Part shown: piece after piece, positions 40,070 through 52,964 of the stretch
Position numbering within the stretch: the stretch's first letter is position 1
How the letters are laid out: every line of letters begins with the position of its first letter
Assembly: GCA_965648935.1 (NCBI GenBank)
Contig: CBFGIY010000005.1
Location: 1 to 56,739 of the forward strand
From: a candidate division WOR-3 bacterium
Lineage (GTDB): Bacteria; Hydrothermota; Tepidihabitantia; Tepidihabitantales; Tepidihabitantaceae
Reading direction: 5' to 3'
DNA: 56,739 nucleotides
Translations under genes and position numbers: made by a program
The notes under the pieces: model-generated
Told to the model about the DNA's origin: nothing
What the model saw: the letters and a program-made list of their open reading frames with translations, nothing else
Database searches by the model: none

Positions 40070-41380
40070 TCAGCCTTTCCGGCCCAGGCGCGCCGCGATG
40101 TCCTTGCCTGCCCGTGCCAGGTCAGGCTCCATACCACGGACAGTGAGTTGCAGCGTATCGCCGACCGTGTGCTCGTCGAGCACATCGCCGCTGCGCCGCA
40201 CCAGACCAATCAGATCGCCCCGGACCGCGGGTACATCGAATTTCCTTGTCACCATCCTAGCGCGCACATGCTCGCACAACGCGGCCCTGAGGCTGTCCAG
40301 CCCGTCGCCTGTTATGCCCGAAACGAACAACGCGCCGCCGTAATGCCGGGCAAGCCGCTCTGTAACCGAGTCGTCTGCCAATCGGTCGCACTTTGTGAAC
40401 ACGACAATGACCGGCTTGCCGGCCGCCCCAATTGCCGCGAGCGTATCGTTCACCGCGTCAATCCTTCGGTCGAGCTGCTCGTCGGCGGCGTCGACCACGT
40501 GCAGAATCAGATCGGCCCCGCTGATCTCCGACAGGGTCGAACGAAAGGTCGCGATGAGCTGTGACGGGAGGTCGCGTATGAAGCCGACCGTATCGGTCAG
40601 CAGCACCTTCAAGCGCTGATCCAGCGCCAGCATTCTGGTGCTGGCGTCGAGCGTCGAGAAAAGCTGCTGGGAGACCCGGGCCGAGGCGCCGGTAAGCCGG
40701 TTGAGCAGAGTCGACTTGCCCGCGCTCGTGTACCCGACGAGGACCGCCCGAAACTGCCCGTACCTTCTGTTGCCCTGCGTCCTGCGCTCGCGTTCGACTC
40801 TGTCCAGGCCGCGTCGCAGCGCAGCGATGCGTTCCACGATGCGGCGCCGGTCCACCTCGAGCTTCGTCTCGCCCGGCCCGCGCGTACCGATGCCGCCCCC
40901 GAGCCGCGACAACTCGCCGCCGATTCCGGTCAGACGGGTCCGGCGATACTCCAGCTGGGCCAGCTCGACCTGTATCTTCGACTCCGCGGTTCGTGCATGG
41001 ATGGCGAAAATGTCCAGTATCAGAGCCGTGCGGTCAAGCACCCGAACCTTAAGGTCGTCTTCCAGATTGCGCTGTTGGGTAGGCGTCAGTTCATTGTCAA
41101 AGACCACGAGGTCTATCCTGTGCTGGCGCGCCAGCGCCGCAAGCGACCTGACCAGCCCCCGACCTATGAGCGTCGCCGGATCCGGGCGCGGTCTGACTTG
41201 AATGACCTGCTGCACGACATGACCGCCCGCGGTATCGACAAGCGCCTCCAGCTCGAGCAGCGAATCGGCCCTTGCCCAGCGAACGCGATTCGAGCGGGCG
41301 ATGCCGACAAGCAGCGTGCGCTGGCTCAACCGCTGCTGTCCTGACGCAGGACGTGGACGATGCGCTGTCCGAGCGTCCAC
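40070..41380 (-). CDS. hflX: Ribosome-splitting GTPase HflX
   Basis: Motifs LILDIFA, GGIGTRGPGETKLEVDRR, VGYTSAGKSTL and DTVGFI. Confidence 0.95.
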   Translation of the reverse strand: MDARTAHRPRPASGQQRLSQRTLLVGIARSNRVRWARADSLLELEALVDTAGGHVVQQVIQVRPRPDPATLIGRGLVRSLAALARQHRIDLVVFDNELTPTQQRNLEDDLKVRVLDRTALILDIFAIHARTAESKIQVELAQLEYRRTRLTGIGGELSRLGGGIGTRGPGETKLEVDRRRIVERIAALRRGLDRVERERRTQGNRRYGQFRAVLVGYTSAGKSTLLNRLTGASARVSQQLFSTLDASTRMLALDQRLKVLLTDTVGFIRDLPSQLIATFRSTLSEISGADLILHVVDAADEQLDRRIDAVNDTLAAIGAAGKPVIVVFTKCDRLADDSVTERLARHYGGALFVSGITGDGLDSLRAALCEHVRARMVTRKFDVPAVRGDLIGLVRRSGDVLDEHTVGDTLQLTVRGMEPDLARAGKDIAARLGRKG

Positions 41381-41910
41381 AGTGTCCCGCCCGCGATGAT
41401 GCCCAGGGCAAGAGGCATCAGCCGTCCCGCACCAATGACCGCGCCTGCCGCCAGCGCGATCAGCCGAACCGGCCTTTCAAACAGCCCGATGCTGCTGCCG
41501 CGCCCGAGCCCCTCGGCTCGGGCCCGAACGTAGCTGACCAGCAGTGACAGCACCATTGCCGCCACCGCCAGAAGGGAGAACAGCGGCCGCTCATGCACGT
41601 AGTTCCACGCGATGCCGGTGAAAACCGCTGCCTCGCTCACCCGGTCCACGGTCGAATCAACAAACGCGCCGCTGGCCGACGACCTGCCCAGACGGCGGGA
41701 GAGCTCGCCGTCGATACTGTCACACAATCCCGCGGCAATCAGCGCGACCCCGCCCAGGACAGAACTGCCGCGGCCGAACAGCCATGCCGCCAGACCGCTC
41801 AGCGGCAATGCGGCGATGGTCACGGCGTTCGGATGGACGCCGAGGGCCCCGAGAACGCCTACCAGCGGCCCGAGCAGACGGCGGCCGGCCGCCTTCAACT
41901 CATTCCTCAC
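41326..41910 (-). CDS. CDP-alcohol phosphatidyltransferase (PIP/AIP-synthase-like)
   Basis: Signature DSIDGELSR...GAFVDSTVDR; SYVRARAEGLG...GLFERP. Start GTG 41910 is inferred. Confidence 0.88.
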   Translation of the reverse strand: MRNELKAAGRRLLGPLVGVLGALGVHPNAVTIAALPLSGLAAWLFGRGSSVLGGVALIAAGLCDSIDGELSRRLGRSSASGAFVDSTVDRVSEAAVFTGIAWNYVHERPLFSLLAVAAMVLSLLVSYVRARAEGLGRGSSIGLFERPVRLIALAAGAVIGAGRLMPLALGIIAGGTLWTLGQRIVHVLRQDSSG

Positions 41911-42607
41911 GGCCCGCCACCACGACGACAACTTCACCCCTGAGCTGCCGCCGCGCCAGCGCGTCGGCAAGCTCGGAAAGAGTGCCGCGAATCGTCTCCT
42001 CGAACTTCTTGGTCAGTTCCCGGCAGACCACGGCACGGCGCTCGCCCCACAGTTCCAGCATCTCACTGAGCAGGTCGCGTGTGCGGCGCGCCGACTCGCA
42101 GAAGACCATCGTCCTGTCCTCTGCGGCAAGGCTGGCGAGCCGCTTGCGACGACGCCCTGCCCGTTTGGGCAGGAATCCCTCGAAGGCGAATCGGTCAGAG
42201 GGCAGACCCGACACGACCAGCGCCGCAAGCAATGCCGACGCTCCGGGTACCGGCCGCACTGCAAAGCCGCGTTCGATAGCGGCTCGAATTAGGTAGAAGC
42301 CAGGGTCGGATATCCCCGGAGTGCCCGCGTCCGTGACGACTGCGGCCGACTTGCCCTGCGCCAGAAACGCGAGAATCTCGGGTGTCCTCTTGAGCTTGTT
42401 ATGCTCGTGGTAGGACACCAGCCGCTGCTTGATGCCGAAGTGCGCCAGCAACATACCGCTGTGCCGGGTGTCCTCGCACGCGACCAGGTCCACGGCGGCA
42501 AGAACCGCGAGCGCCCGGTTTGAAACATCGCCGAGGTTGCCGATCGGCGTCGAGACCACGTACAGCCCCGGTTCGACTGCCTGCGCCGCGCGACTGACTG
42601 ACTGCAT
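41900..42607 (-). CDS. rsmI: 16S rRNA (cytidine1402-2'-O)-methyltransferase
   Basis: Motifs LYVVSTPIGNLGD, ACEDTR, DAGTPGISDPG and RELTKKFEE. Confidence 0.95.
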   Translation of the reverse strand: MQSVSRAAQAVEPGLYVVSTPIGNLGDVSNRALAVLAAVDLVACEDTRHSGMLLAHFGIKQRLVSYHEHNKLKRTPEILAFLAQGKSAAVVTDAGTPGISDPGFYLIRAAIERGFAVRPVPGASALLAALVVSGLPSDRFAFEGFLPKRAGRRRKRLASLAAEDRTMVFCESARRTRDLLSEMLELWGERRAVVCRELTKKFEETIRGTLSELADALARRQLRGEVVVVVAGREE

Positions 42608-43080
42608 CAGAGGTCCAGGAACTCCACGGTTCCCGACTCGGTGTCCAGCACGGCGACTGTCGCTCTCCCCGACAGGTAGCCACAGGCCTCGCCCGGATTC
42701 ACGACAAGCGGCGGTCCCGGAACGCACTTCATCTTGTGGGTGTGGCCGTGCAGGTAGCAGTCGCAGTCCGGCGCCTGTGCGAGCGGCTCATGAGTGACCA
42801 CGAAACGCCAGCCTCCCGCCTCAAAGCGCACGGGTCCCGGGGCGATGCCGAAGCCGTACTCGCGCGCCCGAGCCTCCAGCGAGCGCCGGTCGCCGTCGCA
42901 GTTGCCAAACACCGCCGTGAGCGGGACCTTCAGTCGCCCGAACTCGGCGAGCACGAACTGGGCGATGATGTCGCCGCAGTGAACCACCCGGTCCAGACCC
43001 AGCGAATTGAAACGGCCGACCGCGGCTCGCACATTGATGATGTTATCGTGCGTATCGGATATGACCCCGACCCGGCTCAC
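42607..43080 (-). CDS. YfcE/MJ0936-family metallophosphoesterase
   Basis: Motifs ISDTHDN, HCGD, GNCD, HGHTH and NPGE. Confidence 0.9.
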   Translation of the reverse strand: MSRVGVISDTHDNIINVRAAVGRFNSLGLDRVVHCGDIIAQFVLAEFGRLKVPLTAVFGNCDGDRRSLEARAREYGFGIAPGPVRFEAGGWRFVVTHEPLAQAPDCDCYLHGHTHKMKCVPGPPLVVNPGEACGYLSGRATVAVLDTESGTVEFLDL

Positions 43081-44774
43081 TGCAGCAGGTCCCGCAAAGG
43101 CTCGAAGCGGCGCAGCCGGACCGGGTGACGCAGTTTCTTCAATGCCTTGGCCTCGATCTGGCGGACCCGCTCGCGCGTGATATTGAATATCTGGCCGACC
43201 TCCTCGAGCGTGCGGGGACAGCCGTCGCCCAGGCCGAAACGCAGCCGCAGCACCTTCTCCTCACGCTTGGTCAGCACCTGCAGCGCCTCCTCCAGCTTCT
43301 CGCCCAGGAGCGACACGCCCGCGGCGTGCGACGGCGACGCGGTCTTTTCGTCGTAGATGAAATCGCCGATGAAACTCGTCTCGTCGTCATCGACCGGTTT
43401 GTCCAGCGATACGCCGAACTGCGATATCTTGGTCAGCGCTTCAATCTTCTCCTTCGGCGTGGAAAGCCGCTGGGCAAGCTCGGCGACGCTCGCCTCCCGG
43501 CCGTAAAGCTGCATGAACTTGCGCTGGATCTTGGCCACCTTGTTTATCGCGTCGATGATGTGCGCCGGCACGCGCACCGTGCGCGACTGATCCGCGATCG
43601 CACGGGTTATCGCCTGCTTGATCCACCATGTCGCGTAGGTCGAGAACTTGAAGCCCTTGCGGTAGTTGAACTTCTCGACCGCCTTGATGAGTCCGACGTT
43701 GCCCTCCTCGAGCAGGTCGGCGAACTCGAGTCCCCGGTTGGCGTAGCGCTTGGCAATGGAGATTACCAGCCGGACATTGCCCTCGATCATCTTGTCCCGC
43801 GCCGCCAGGATGCGGTTCTCGCACGCCGCCATCTCGGCGAGCGTCTTCCTGATGTCGGCCGTGTTGCGGCCGAGGAATTCGTGGCACTCACGCAGGCGCC
43901 GGCGCAGGTTGGTCGCTTCCTCCGTGTTCTCGCTGCCTTCCTGCTTGGCCTGGGCGATCTGCCGGGCAAGCTCGATCCCCTCGCGCGCCTTGGCCTTGAA
44001 CTCGTCGATGAAGTTGTTGATCAGATGATGCTGCAGCGACAGCGATTGAACCCGACTGAACACCTTCTTGCGCAGCTCGGCGATCTTGCGCTCACCGGCC
44101 GCTGACGGCTTGCGCGCCTTTATCTGGGTTATGCTGTCGGCGGCGCGGCGGATTTCGCGCAGGTAGCGGATGAAGCGCTGCCGGTCGCGCCAGAGCGCCT
44201 TCTTGTCGAACAGGCACTCGAACTCGACCCGGGCCAGCTGGTCAAGCGAACGCGTGCCGTCCTCGACCGACTTGCACTCCTCGACCAGCCGCAGCATCAT
44301 CGGGACCGGATCGAAGAGGAACTTGATGATGCTCTTATAGCCCTCCTCCATCTCGCGCGAGTAGTGGATCTCCTCTTCGCGCGTCAGGAGCGGCAGCTTC
44401 GACAGCTCGCGGAAGTACGACTTGGTCGGGTCCTCGGTGCGCTGAATCGTCGGCTTCGGGCCCCGGCGAATCGTCGCGGCCTCCTGTTCTTCCTCGCGTG
44501 CGTCGGTCATCTTGATCCCGTTCCGGGCCAGGTCAGCGATGACCTCCTCGAGCCGCTCGGTCGACATCAGCACTTCGTCAGGAACAAGGTCCTCAAGCTC
44601 CTCGTAGGTTATCTTCTTGCTCCCGGCGGCCTTCCGGTACACAGTCATCAGCCACTCGGCCCGCTTCTTCGGACGCCCGACCGAGCCCTTGGGCCGTCCG
44701 CGCTTGCGCGGTGCCAGCAGCTCGGCTTCGATGTCCGCCTGAGCGGACTTGCCCTTCGGACCGCTGCTCTTCAT
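43077..44774 (-). CDS. rpoD: Primary sigma factor RpoD (sigma70)
   Basis: Motifs [40 protein letters not shown] and RTLEEVG...[13 protein letters not shown]. Confidence 0.96.
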   Translation of the reverse strand: MKSSGPKGKSAQADIEAELLAPRKRGRPKGSVGRPKKRAEWLMTVYRKAAGSKKITYEELEDLVPDEVLMSTERLEEVIADLARNGIKMTDAREEEQEAATIRRGPKPTIQRTEDPTKSYFRELSKLPLLTREEEIHYSREMEEGYKSIIKFLFDPVPMMLRLVEECKSVEDGTRSLDQLARVEFECLFDKKALWRDRQRFIRYLREIRRAADSITQIKARKPSAAGERKIAELRKKVFSRVQSLSLQHHLINNFIDEFKAKAREGIELARQIAQAKQEGSENTEEATNLRRRLRECHEFLGRNTADIRKTLAEMAACENRILAARDKMIEGNVRLVISIAKRYANRGLEFADLLEEGNVGLIKAVEKFNYRKGFKFSTYATWWIKQAITRAIADQSRTVRVPAHIIDAINKVAKIQRKFMQLYGREASVAELAQRLSTPKEKIEALTKISQFGVSLDKPVDDDETSFIGDFIYDEKTASPSHAAGVSLLGEKLEEALQVLTKREEKVLRLRFGLGDGCPRTLEEVGQIFNITRERVRQIEAKALKKLRHPVRLRRFEPLRDLLQ

Positions 44775-46471
44775 AGTCGACCACTCCTTTCGCGACTCAC
44801 GTCCTGCATCAGTCGGCCCTTCTCGGCGCTCAGCTCGCCGGCCCGAACCTCATCGCCCGCCCGGCAAGCCTCGTCGATTCGCCGCTGCAGCCACCTGGCC
44901 CTGAACCGCCGCAGCAGATTGCGGTATTCGTCCGCGCTCGGCAGGGCGTTCTCGTCGAATGTCCACTGCGCCACCCGGCGGCGCAGTCCATCGTCCCCGA
45001 TGGCGTCCATCACATAAGCCGGACCGAAACCGGTCTCGCCGCACCCCGCGGCCACCGCCCCGGCCACGCGCTTCAGTTCCGGATCGTCAACCATCTCGGC
45101 CAGCCCGATCTCGCTCGCCAGTTCGGCCAGCTCCGGGTCGCGCACGGCCGCGGCGACGAGCTTCTCCTCCATTGTCTGGCGCTCCGCGCCCGACCGACCT
45201 TTCACAGCCTGACCATCGCGCCGTTCGCCGAGGGCCCCGCGCGCGCCCGTGTCCGCCAGAATGACAGACCGGTCAATGGCGAACAGCGCGGCGACGCGGT
45301 TCGCGTAGAGCTGGCGTGCGGCCTCGTCCGGCATCAGTCGTATCAGGCCGGACAGCTCCCGCAGGGCCTGCCTCTGCTCGCTCACCGCAGCCTGCTCTCG
45401 CGCGCCCGCGACGAAGCGGATGAAGTCCAGAGCCCGGCGCAGCAGCCTGTCCAGTTCGGCTCGGCCTGCGGCCCGCACGAACGAGTCCGGATCGGTCCCG
45501 TCCGGCAGGAGCGCGACCAGCGGCTCGAGGTCGGCGCGGAGCAGCGGCTCCAGCGAGCGGCGACAGGCAGCCCGGCCGGCGCTGTCGCCGTCGTAGAGCA
45601 GAACGACCTTCGAGTTGTAGCGCCGGAGCAGCGCGGCCTGTTCCGGCGTGAGTGCGGTACCCAGCGGCGCGACCACGTTGTTCAGTCCGGCGTCGGTCAG
45701 GCTCAACAGGTCGAAGTTCCCCTCGACCAGCACCGGCACGCTGTCGCGCAGGTATGCCCGCGCCTGAAACAGACCGTAGAGCATCGAACCCTTGCGAAAC
45801 AGCGGTGTCTCGGGCGAGTTCAGGTACTTCGGCTCACGGTCATCCAGCACGCGCCCACCGAAGGCCACAACCTTGCCCGAGAGCGAGAAGATCGGAAACA
45901 TCAGCCGGCCGAAGAAGTAATCGGCCAGACCTCCATCGCGTCGCGCCAGCAGGCCGGCCTGCACCAGCGCGTCCTCGGACCAGCCCCGCTTCCTGGCCTC
46001 GCCCCGCAACAGGTTCCCGGCCTGGGCGAAGCCGAGTCGGAACCGCCGCACCGTCTCGGGCTTCAGCCCGCGCTTTGCCAGGTAAGCCTGCGCCGCCTCG
46101 GAACGCTGAAGCTGCGCCTCGAAGAACAGCGCCGCGTTCTCGCACGCATCGTACAGCGCCTGGTTGCGGCTGTGCCCCGTGTCGCTCGCCACCTCGATAC
46201 CCAGCCGCTTGCCCAGCAACCGCACTGCGTCCGGAAACTCCAGCTTCTCCTGGGCCATCACGAAGCTTATTGCCGTGCCGCCCGCGCCGCACCCGAAGCA
46301 GTGGTACGACTGCCGCTCTGGGTTGACATAGAACGACGGCGACTTGTCCGGGTGGAACGGACACAACCCCCGGAAGTTGCGTCCGACCCGCTTCAGCGGC
46401 ACGTAACTGCCGACCAGCTCGACTATGTCGACCCGCGAGCGGATTTCCTCTATCACTTCGTTCTTTATCAC
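44771..46471 (-). CDS. dnaG: DNA primase
   Basis: Zn finger CPFH...CFGC, plus [18 protein letters not shown] and YDGDSAG. The GTG start overlaps the mutS2 stop. Confidence 0.95.
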   Translation of the reverse strand: MIKNEVIEEIRSRVDIVELVGSYVPLKRVGRNFRGLCPFHPDKSPSFYVNPERQSYHCFGCGAGGTAISFVMAQEKLEFPDAVRLLGKRLGIEVASDTGHSRNQALYDACENAALFFEAQLQRSEAAQAYLAKRGLKPETVRRFRLGFAQAGNLLRGEARKRGWSEDALVQAGLLARRDGGLADYFFGRLMFPIFSLSGKVVAFGGRVLDDREPKYLNSPETPLFRKGSMLYGLFQARAYLRDSVPVLVEGNFDLLSLTDAGLNNVVAPLGTALTPEQAALLRRYNSKVVLLYDGDSAGRAACRRSLEPLLRADLEPLVALLPDGTDPDSFVRAAGRAELDRLLRRALDFIRFVAGAREQAAVSEQRQALRELSGLIRLMPDEAARQLYANRVAALFAIDRSVILADTGARGALGERRDGQAVKGRSGAERQTMEEKLVAAAVRDPELAELASEIGLAEMVDDPELKRVAGAVAAGCGETGFGPAYVMDAIGDDGLRRRVAQWTFDENALPSADEYRNLLRRFRARWLQRRIDEACRAGDEVRAGELSAEKGRLMQDVSRERSGRL

Positions 46472-48777
46472 ACCGCCGCCTTCAGGCGTACGCGCGACAC
46501 GCCCTCGCCGCCTTCGGCTGCCTCGGCGAACCTGACATCCTCTACGCGGCCGTCGTGGCGCAGCTTCTCCCACACGGCCCGCCGCAGCACGCCGGCGCCC
46601 TTGCCGTGGAGAACGACAAGGTCACGGCATCCGTTGAGCACGGCGCTGTCGATGAAACGAGCCAGCGCCGACTCCGCCTCATCTCGGGTCATGCCCAGCA
46701 CGTTGAGCTGCGGACTGAAATCATCAACCTCGACCGGGTCGGGCGGCGGCGGCGCTGCACTGACCTTGCGCAGGTCGGCCGCCGCCAGCTCGAGTCTTAT
46801 GTTACCGAACGCGACCGTGGCCCGCGTGCCGGCCAGCTCCACCAGCAGCCCCTGCCTGCGGAAAGTCATCGATTCGACTGTGTCGCCCGCGGCCAGCTCA
46901 TCAGGCGGAACGGTCGGCGCGGGCTCGGCCGGCGCGTCTGCGACGACCTCGGCAAGGCGCTGCTCCACCGCCGCCTTCGCCGCGACGACCGACTCGTGGT
47001 CCGCGCCGCTCTCGCGAATCCGGCGTACCAGGTTCTCGATGTCGCGGCGCCGCTCACGCAGGAAGCGCTCCTCCTCGAGCCGCTGCCGCTCGCGGGCATC
47101 GGCAAGCTCGGCACGGGCTGCGGCCAGCGCCTCTGCTGCGGCGCGCCGCGCCGCGCCCAGTCGCGCCGCCTCCTGCTCTGCTGCGCGCCGGGTCCGGCGG
47201 GCCGATTCGAGCTCGGCATCCAGCGCATTCAGCTTCGACTCGAAATCCAGCCACTCACGGCCCATCCTCTTCCGCGCCCGGTCCAGCACCTCGTGCGGCA
47301 GGCCGGCCGCAGCCGCCGTGGCGAAAGCGCTCGACTCGCCCGGCATCCCCATCCGGAAGCGATAGGTCGGACCGTCGCGATACTCCATCGCCGCGTTGAT
47401 CATCCCCGGCTCGCTCTGAACAAACACCTTGAGCATGCCGAAGTGCGTCGTGACGACGGTCTTCACCCGGCGCCGGCGCAGTTCCTCGAGCACGGCTATG
47501 GCCAGCGCCGCGCCTTCCTCGGGCGAGGTTGAAGAGCCGATCTCGTCGACCAGCACGAGGCTGTCTTTGTCCGCGGCGACGAGCAGATCGCGCAGACGGC
47601 CCAGGTGCGCGGTGAACGAAGAAAGGTCTTCATCCAGCGACTGCTCGTCGCCGATGTCGGCAAAAACGCGACCGAACAGCGGCAGGGCTGTCCCCGGCCC
47701 GGCCGGCAGGTGCAGGCCGCTCGCCGCCATCAGCGCGAACAGGCCGAGCGTCTTGAGCACCACGGTCTTGCCTCCGGCGTTGGGCCCGGAGATCAGCACC
47801 ACGTCGGTATCCGGGTCCAGCCGGAATCCCAGCGGCACGACCGCCACCTGGCGCTGTACCAGCAGCGGGTGACGCCCCTCGACGATCGCGATGCTGCCGT
47901 CGCGGGTCAGACTCGGGCGGGTGCAGTCCAACCGGCGGCAGAAGCGGCGCTTGGCATTCAGTGCATCGAGCTCCGCTGCTGCCGTCATCGTTCTGGTCAG
48001 AGCGGGTTCTGCCGCCCCGACCTTCTGGGACAGCTCGCGCAGTATTCGACCGACCTCCTCCGCCTCTGCGTCGCGCAGCTCCTGCAGTTCGTTACCGTCC
48101 GCGACCATTTCAAGGGGCTCGACGAACAGCGTCTGGCCGCTGCCCGAGCTGGCGTGAACCACGCCGGGCAGGCTGCCCCGCCGTCCGAGCAACAGCGGCA
48201 ACACATACCTGTCTCCCTTGACCGTGACTCCGCCGTTGAACCAGTCCGGGTTCTCGCCGGCCAGCCGCTCGAGCCGCGCGACCAGCGCGTTGCGCCGCCG
48301 GCGCATCTCGACCCGGACCCGCGCCAGCTCCGGGCTGGCCGAGTCGCGCACGGCTCCTGACTCGTCAATCGCCGACTCGATGGCGCGCGCCAGTTCAGGC
48401 AGGACCGCCAGCCCGGCCGCAATCGGCCACACCCGGCTCAGCCGCTCGCGCTGGCGGGCGTAGAAGTCGCGGCACTGCTGCGCCGCGACCAGCGCACGCT
48501 GCACCGAGAGCAGTTCAATGCCTTCAAGCACGCCCTCTGCGCGCAACCGTTCAAGCAGAGGCCGCAGGTCGGCGAGCGCGCCGAACTGCGGCTCCTCGGC
48601 CAGAGCCAGCAATTCGTCGACCCGGTCAAACTCGGCCTCGACCGCGGCCGCGTCGGCCATCGGCTCGAGTCCGAGCATCCGCTCGCGGCCCATCGGGGTC
48701 TGGCACATCCCGGCCAGCCACTCGCGCAGACGAGGGTAGTCGAGCACGGCCAGGCTGTGCCCGTCGCTGTGATTCAT
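46468..48777 (-). CDS. mutS2: MutS2 family protein (with Smr domain)
   Basis: Motifs SGSGQTLFVEP, ISGPNAGGKTV, DIGDEQS, LVDEIGSSTSPEEG and Smr HGKGAGVLR. Confidence 0.93.
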   Translation of the reverse strand: MNHSDGHSLAVLDYPRLREWLAGMCQTPMGRERMLGLEPMADAAAVEAEFDRVDELLALAEEPQFGALADLRPLLERLRAEGVLEGIELLSVQRALVAAQQCRDFYARQRERLSRVWPIAAGLAVLPELARAIESAIDESGAVRDSASPELARVRVEMRRRRNALVARLERLAGENPDWFNGGVTVKGDRYVLPLLLGRRGSLPGVVHASSGSGQTLFVEPLEMVADGNELQELRDAEAEEVGRILRELSQKVGAAEPALTRTMTAAAELDALNAKRRFCRRLDCTRPSLTRDGSIAIVEGRHPLLVQRQVAVVPLGFRLDPDTDVVLISGPNAGGKTVVLKTLGLFALMAASGLHLPAGPGTALPLFGRVFADIGDEQSLDEDLSSFTAHLGRLRDLLVAADKDSLVLVDEIGSSTSPEEGAALAIAVLEELRRRRVKTVVTTHFGMLKVFVQSEPGMINAAMEYRDGPTYRFRMGMPGESSAFATAAAAGLPHEVLDRARKRMGREWLDFESKLNALDAELESARRTRRAAEQEAARLGAARRAAAEALAAARAELADARERQRLEEERFLRERRRDIENLVRRIRESGADHESVVAAKAAVEQRLAEVVADAPAEPAPTVPPDELAAGDTVESMTFRRQGLLVELAGTRATVAFGNIRLELAAADLRKVSAAPPPPDPVEVDDFSPQLNVLGMTRDEAESALARFIDSAVLNGCRDLVVLHGKGAGVLRRAVWEKLRHDGRVEDVRFAEAAEGGEGVSRVRLKAAV

Positions 48778-48802
48778 CAGTTCGGTCCTGCGGCCGTGAT
48801 CC

Positions 48803-49000
48803 CTAGTAGCTGTCCTGATGCCTGCGGCGACTCGCGCGGCGGCGCGACTCGGCCTCACGCCGCTTGCGCTTCTCGCTCGGCTTCTCGTAGAACTCGCGCC
48901 GTTTCACCTCACGCAGTATCCCGGCGTTCTCACACGCCCGGCGGAACCGGCGGATGAAGCTCTCGTACGACTCGCCTTCCTTGACGATAATACCGACCAT
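48803..49000 (-). CDS. rpsU: 30S ribosomal protein S21
   Basis: VKEGESYESFIRRFRR...REFYEKPSEKRKR; SD AAAGGAGGTG. Confidence 0.96.
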   Translation of the reverse strand: MVGIIVKEGESYESFIRRFRRACENAGILREVKRREFYEKPSEKRKRREAESRRRASRRRHQDSY

Positions 49001-49046
49001 TTCGCGTTAACACCTCCTTTCGTTCGATTCGGTTGTGCGGCCACTG

Positions 49047-49769
49047 CTACCCGAGATCGCCCAGCATCTGCAGCGCCATCGCTGCGAGTGCGACGGCCGC
49101 GGTCTCGGCCCGCAGCCGCCTCGGTCCCATAGTGAAGGACTCAGCGCCGCCTGCCTTCAGGCGCGCCACCTCGGCCGGCGCAAACCCGCCCTCAGGCCCG
49201 ACAACAAGGAGCACTGAGCCGGCACGGCGGTCAAGCAGCTCCCCGAGGCCGGGCCCGGTCTCCTCCTCGTAGGCAACCAGCGCCTGATCAAACTCGGCCA
49301 GCCTCGCGGCCAGCCCGTCCACGCCCAGCGCGCGTGCCTCGATCACCGGCAACCGCGTCCGGGTCGACGACTTTAGCGCGCCCAGGCAGACCTTCTCAAG
49401 CCGCTCGTGGCGGGCCTGGCTCCAGCGGCCTACTGTCCGCTCCGTGACCAGCGGGATGAACCGGGCAACGCCCAGTTCGGTCGCCTGGGCCCAAGCCTGG
49501 GCCAGGTGCTCGCCCTTGAGCGCGGCCTGCGCGAGGCATACGCTGTGTGCCGGCTCGCGCCTGCCCTCACGCCGCGCCAGCACCCGCCCGGTCACGCCCC
49601 GCGGTCCGACCGCGGTCAACTCGACATCGAACTCGAACCCCTGACCGTCGGTCACGCTGACCCGGTCGCCGGGGCGGTGCCGCAACACGCGCGCGATGTG
49701 CCGGGCCTCGGCCGGCGGGAAGGACACGGTGCCGTCATCGGCCGGTCGGGCGAGGAAAAGCTCCATCAC
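49047..49769 (-). CDS. rsmE: 16S rRNA (uracil1498-N3)-methyltransferase
   Basis: Motifs HIARVLR, ATELGV, VGPEGGF and GPRRLRAETA. Confidence 0.93.
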   Translation of the reverse strand: MMELFLARPADDGTVSFPPAEARHIARVLRHRPGDRVSVTDGQGFEFDVELTAVGPRGVTGRVLARREGRREPAHSVCLAQAALKGEHLAQAWAQATELGVARFIPLVTERTVGRWSQARHERLEKVCLGALKSSTRTRLPVIEARALGVDGLAARLAEFDQALVAYEEETGPGLGELLDRRAGSVLLVVGPEGGFAPAEVARLKAGGAESFTMGPRRLRAETAAVALAAMALQMLGDLG

Positions 49770-50893
49770 TCAGGCCTGCGCGGCCCGGGCACCGGCTCGG
49801 CGCGCCGTTTCTCCAGTTCCTGCAGCAGCTTCTTCTCTTCGCGCGACACCCGGTGCGGCACGTGAACCAGGACCCGCACCAGCTGGTCGCCGGTGCCGCC
49901 GCCCTGCAGGCGGCGAATCCCGGCGCCGCGGATGCGCAGCACCGCGCCCGGCTGGGTCCCGGCCGGTATCTCGACGTCCTTCTCGCCCTTGAGCGTCGGC
50001 ACCCTGACCTTTCCGCCCAGCGCCGCGGTGGTAACAGACACGGGCAGGTCGACGACGATGTCGTCATCACGGCGCACGAACAGCGGGTGCGGTTTCTCGT
50101 TTATCTCGACCACGACCGAACCGGAACCGCCCGGCCCGTAGTGGCCTTCGCCTTCAAGCGTCAGATAGTTGCCCGAACTCACGCCGGCCGGGATGCGCAC
50201 CTTCAGGGTGCGCGACTTGCGCACGCGGCCGGTCGCATCGCAGTCCGGGCAGCGTTCCTTGAATGAGCTGCCCGCGCCGCCGCAGTCCGGGCAAGGCGCG
50301 ACCTGAACAACCTGGCCGAACAGCGAGCTCACCCGGTGCCTGACCCGGCCCGTGCCCGAGCAGCCGCGGCACGCGACTTCGCCGGTGCCGCCCCTTCCCG
50401 AACACCTGGGACACGCCTCCCAGCGCTGGAAACTGACTTCCTTGGTCACGGACTCCGCGATCTCCTCCAGAGACAGCTGCATCGCGATACGGATATTGCC
50501 GCCGGTCGCGGGCCGCCGGGAGACACCGTCGCCGAACAGCAGGTCGAAGAGTCCGCCGCCGCCCCCGAAACCGCGCAGCACGTCGCCGAAAACGTCGCTC
50601 AAGTCCTCCGCGTGGGTGAAGTCGCGCCGGAAGTCGAATCCCCCCGGCCCGAACTGACGCGATACGCCCTCGTGACCGTACTGGTCATAGAGCCGGCGCT
50701 TGCCCGAGTCAATCAGCACCTCATAGGCTTCAGAAAGCTCCTTGAAGCGCTCCTCGGCCCCGGCGCGGTCCTGCGGATTGCGGTCGGGATGGTACTCCTT
50801 GGCCAGACGCCGGTAGGCCGACTTGATCTCCTCGGGCGCGGCGTCGCGGCCGACTCCGAGGACCTCGTAGTAGTCGCGCTTGGTCACCGGCAT
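49766..50893 (-). CDS. dnaJ: Chaperone DnaJ
   Basis: DYYEVLGV, HPD motif, G/F region and four CxxCxGxG-type repeats. Confidence 0.96.
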   Translation of the reverse strand: MPVTKRDYYEVLGVGRDAAPEEIKSAYRRLAKEYHPDRNPQDRAGAEERFKELSEAYEVLIDSGKRRLYDQYGHEGVSRQFGPGGFDFRRDFTHAEDLSDVFGDVLRGFGGGGGLFDLLFGDGVSRRPATGGNIRIAMQLSLEEIAESVTKEVSFQRWEACPRCSGRGGTGEVACRGCSGTGRVRHRVSSLFGQVVQVAPCPDCGGAGSSFKERCPDCDATGRVRKSRTLKVRIPAGVSSGNYLTLEGEGHYGPGGSGSVVVEINEKPHPLFVRRDDDIVVDLPVSVTTAALGGKVRVPTLKGEKDVEIPAGTQPGAVLRIRGAGIRRLQGGGTGDQLVRVLVHVPHRVSREEKKLLQELEKRRAEPVPGPRRPE

Positions 50894-50962
50894 CACGCAC
50901 CAGCCCTTTTGATACTGCCCAACAGCGTCAATCTGCCGCCCGTTCCCCCGGGCCTGCGCAAC

Positions 50963-50993
50963 AGCCAACGCCGGACCGCTCCGGCGTTTGGCT
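50963..50993 (-). terminator. Hairpin between dnaK and dnaJ (possible attenuator or stabiliser)
   Basis: AACGCCGGA-CCGC-TCCGGCGTT core stem; weak U-tract. Confidence 0.4.
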
Positions 50994-51016
50994 CTGCTCT
51001 GCGGGCGTCGGCAGTC

Positions 51017-52912
<1,896 letters not shown>

Positions 52913-52964
52913 GCAAAACCTCCTTGGTCAAATCGCAACCCGTTCGGGCCGCGCAATGTTCGCT

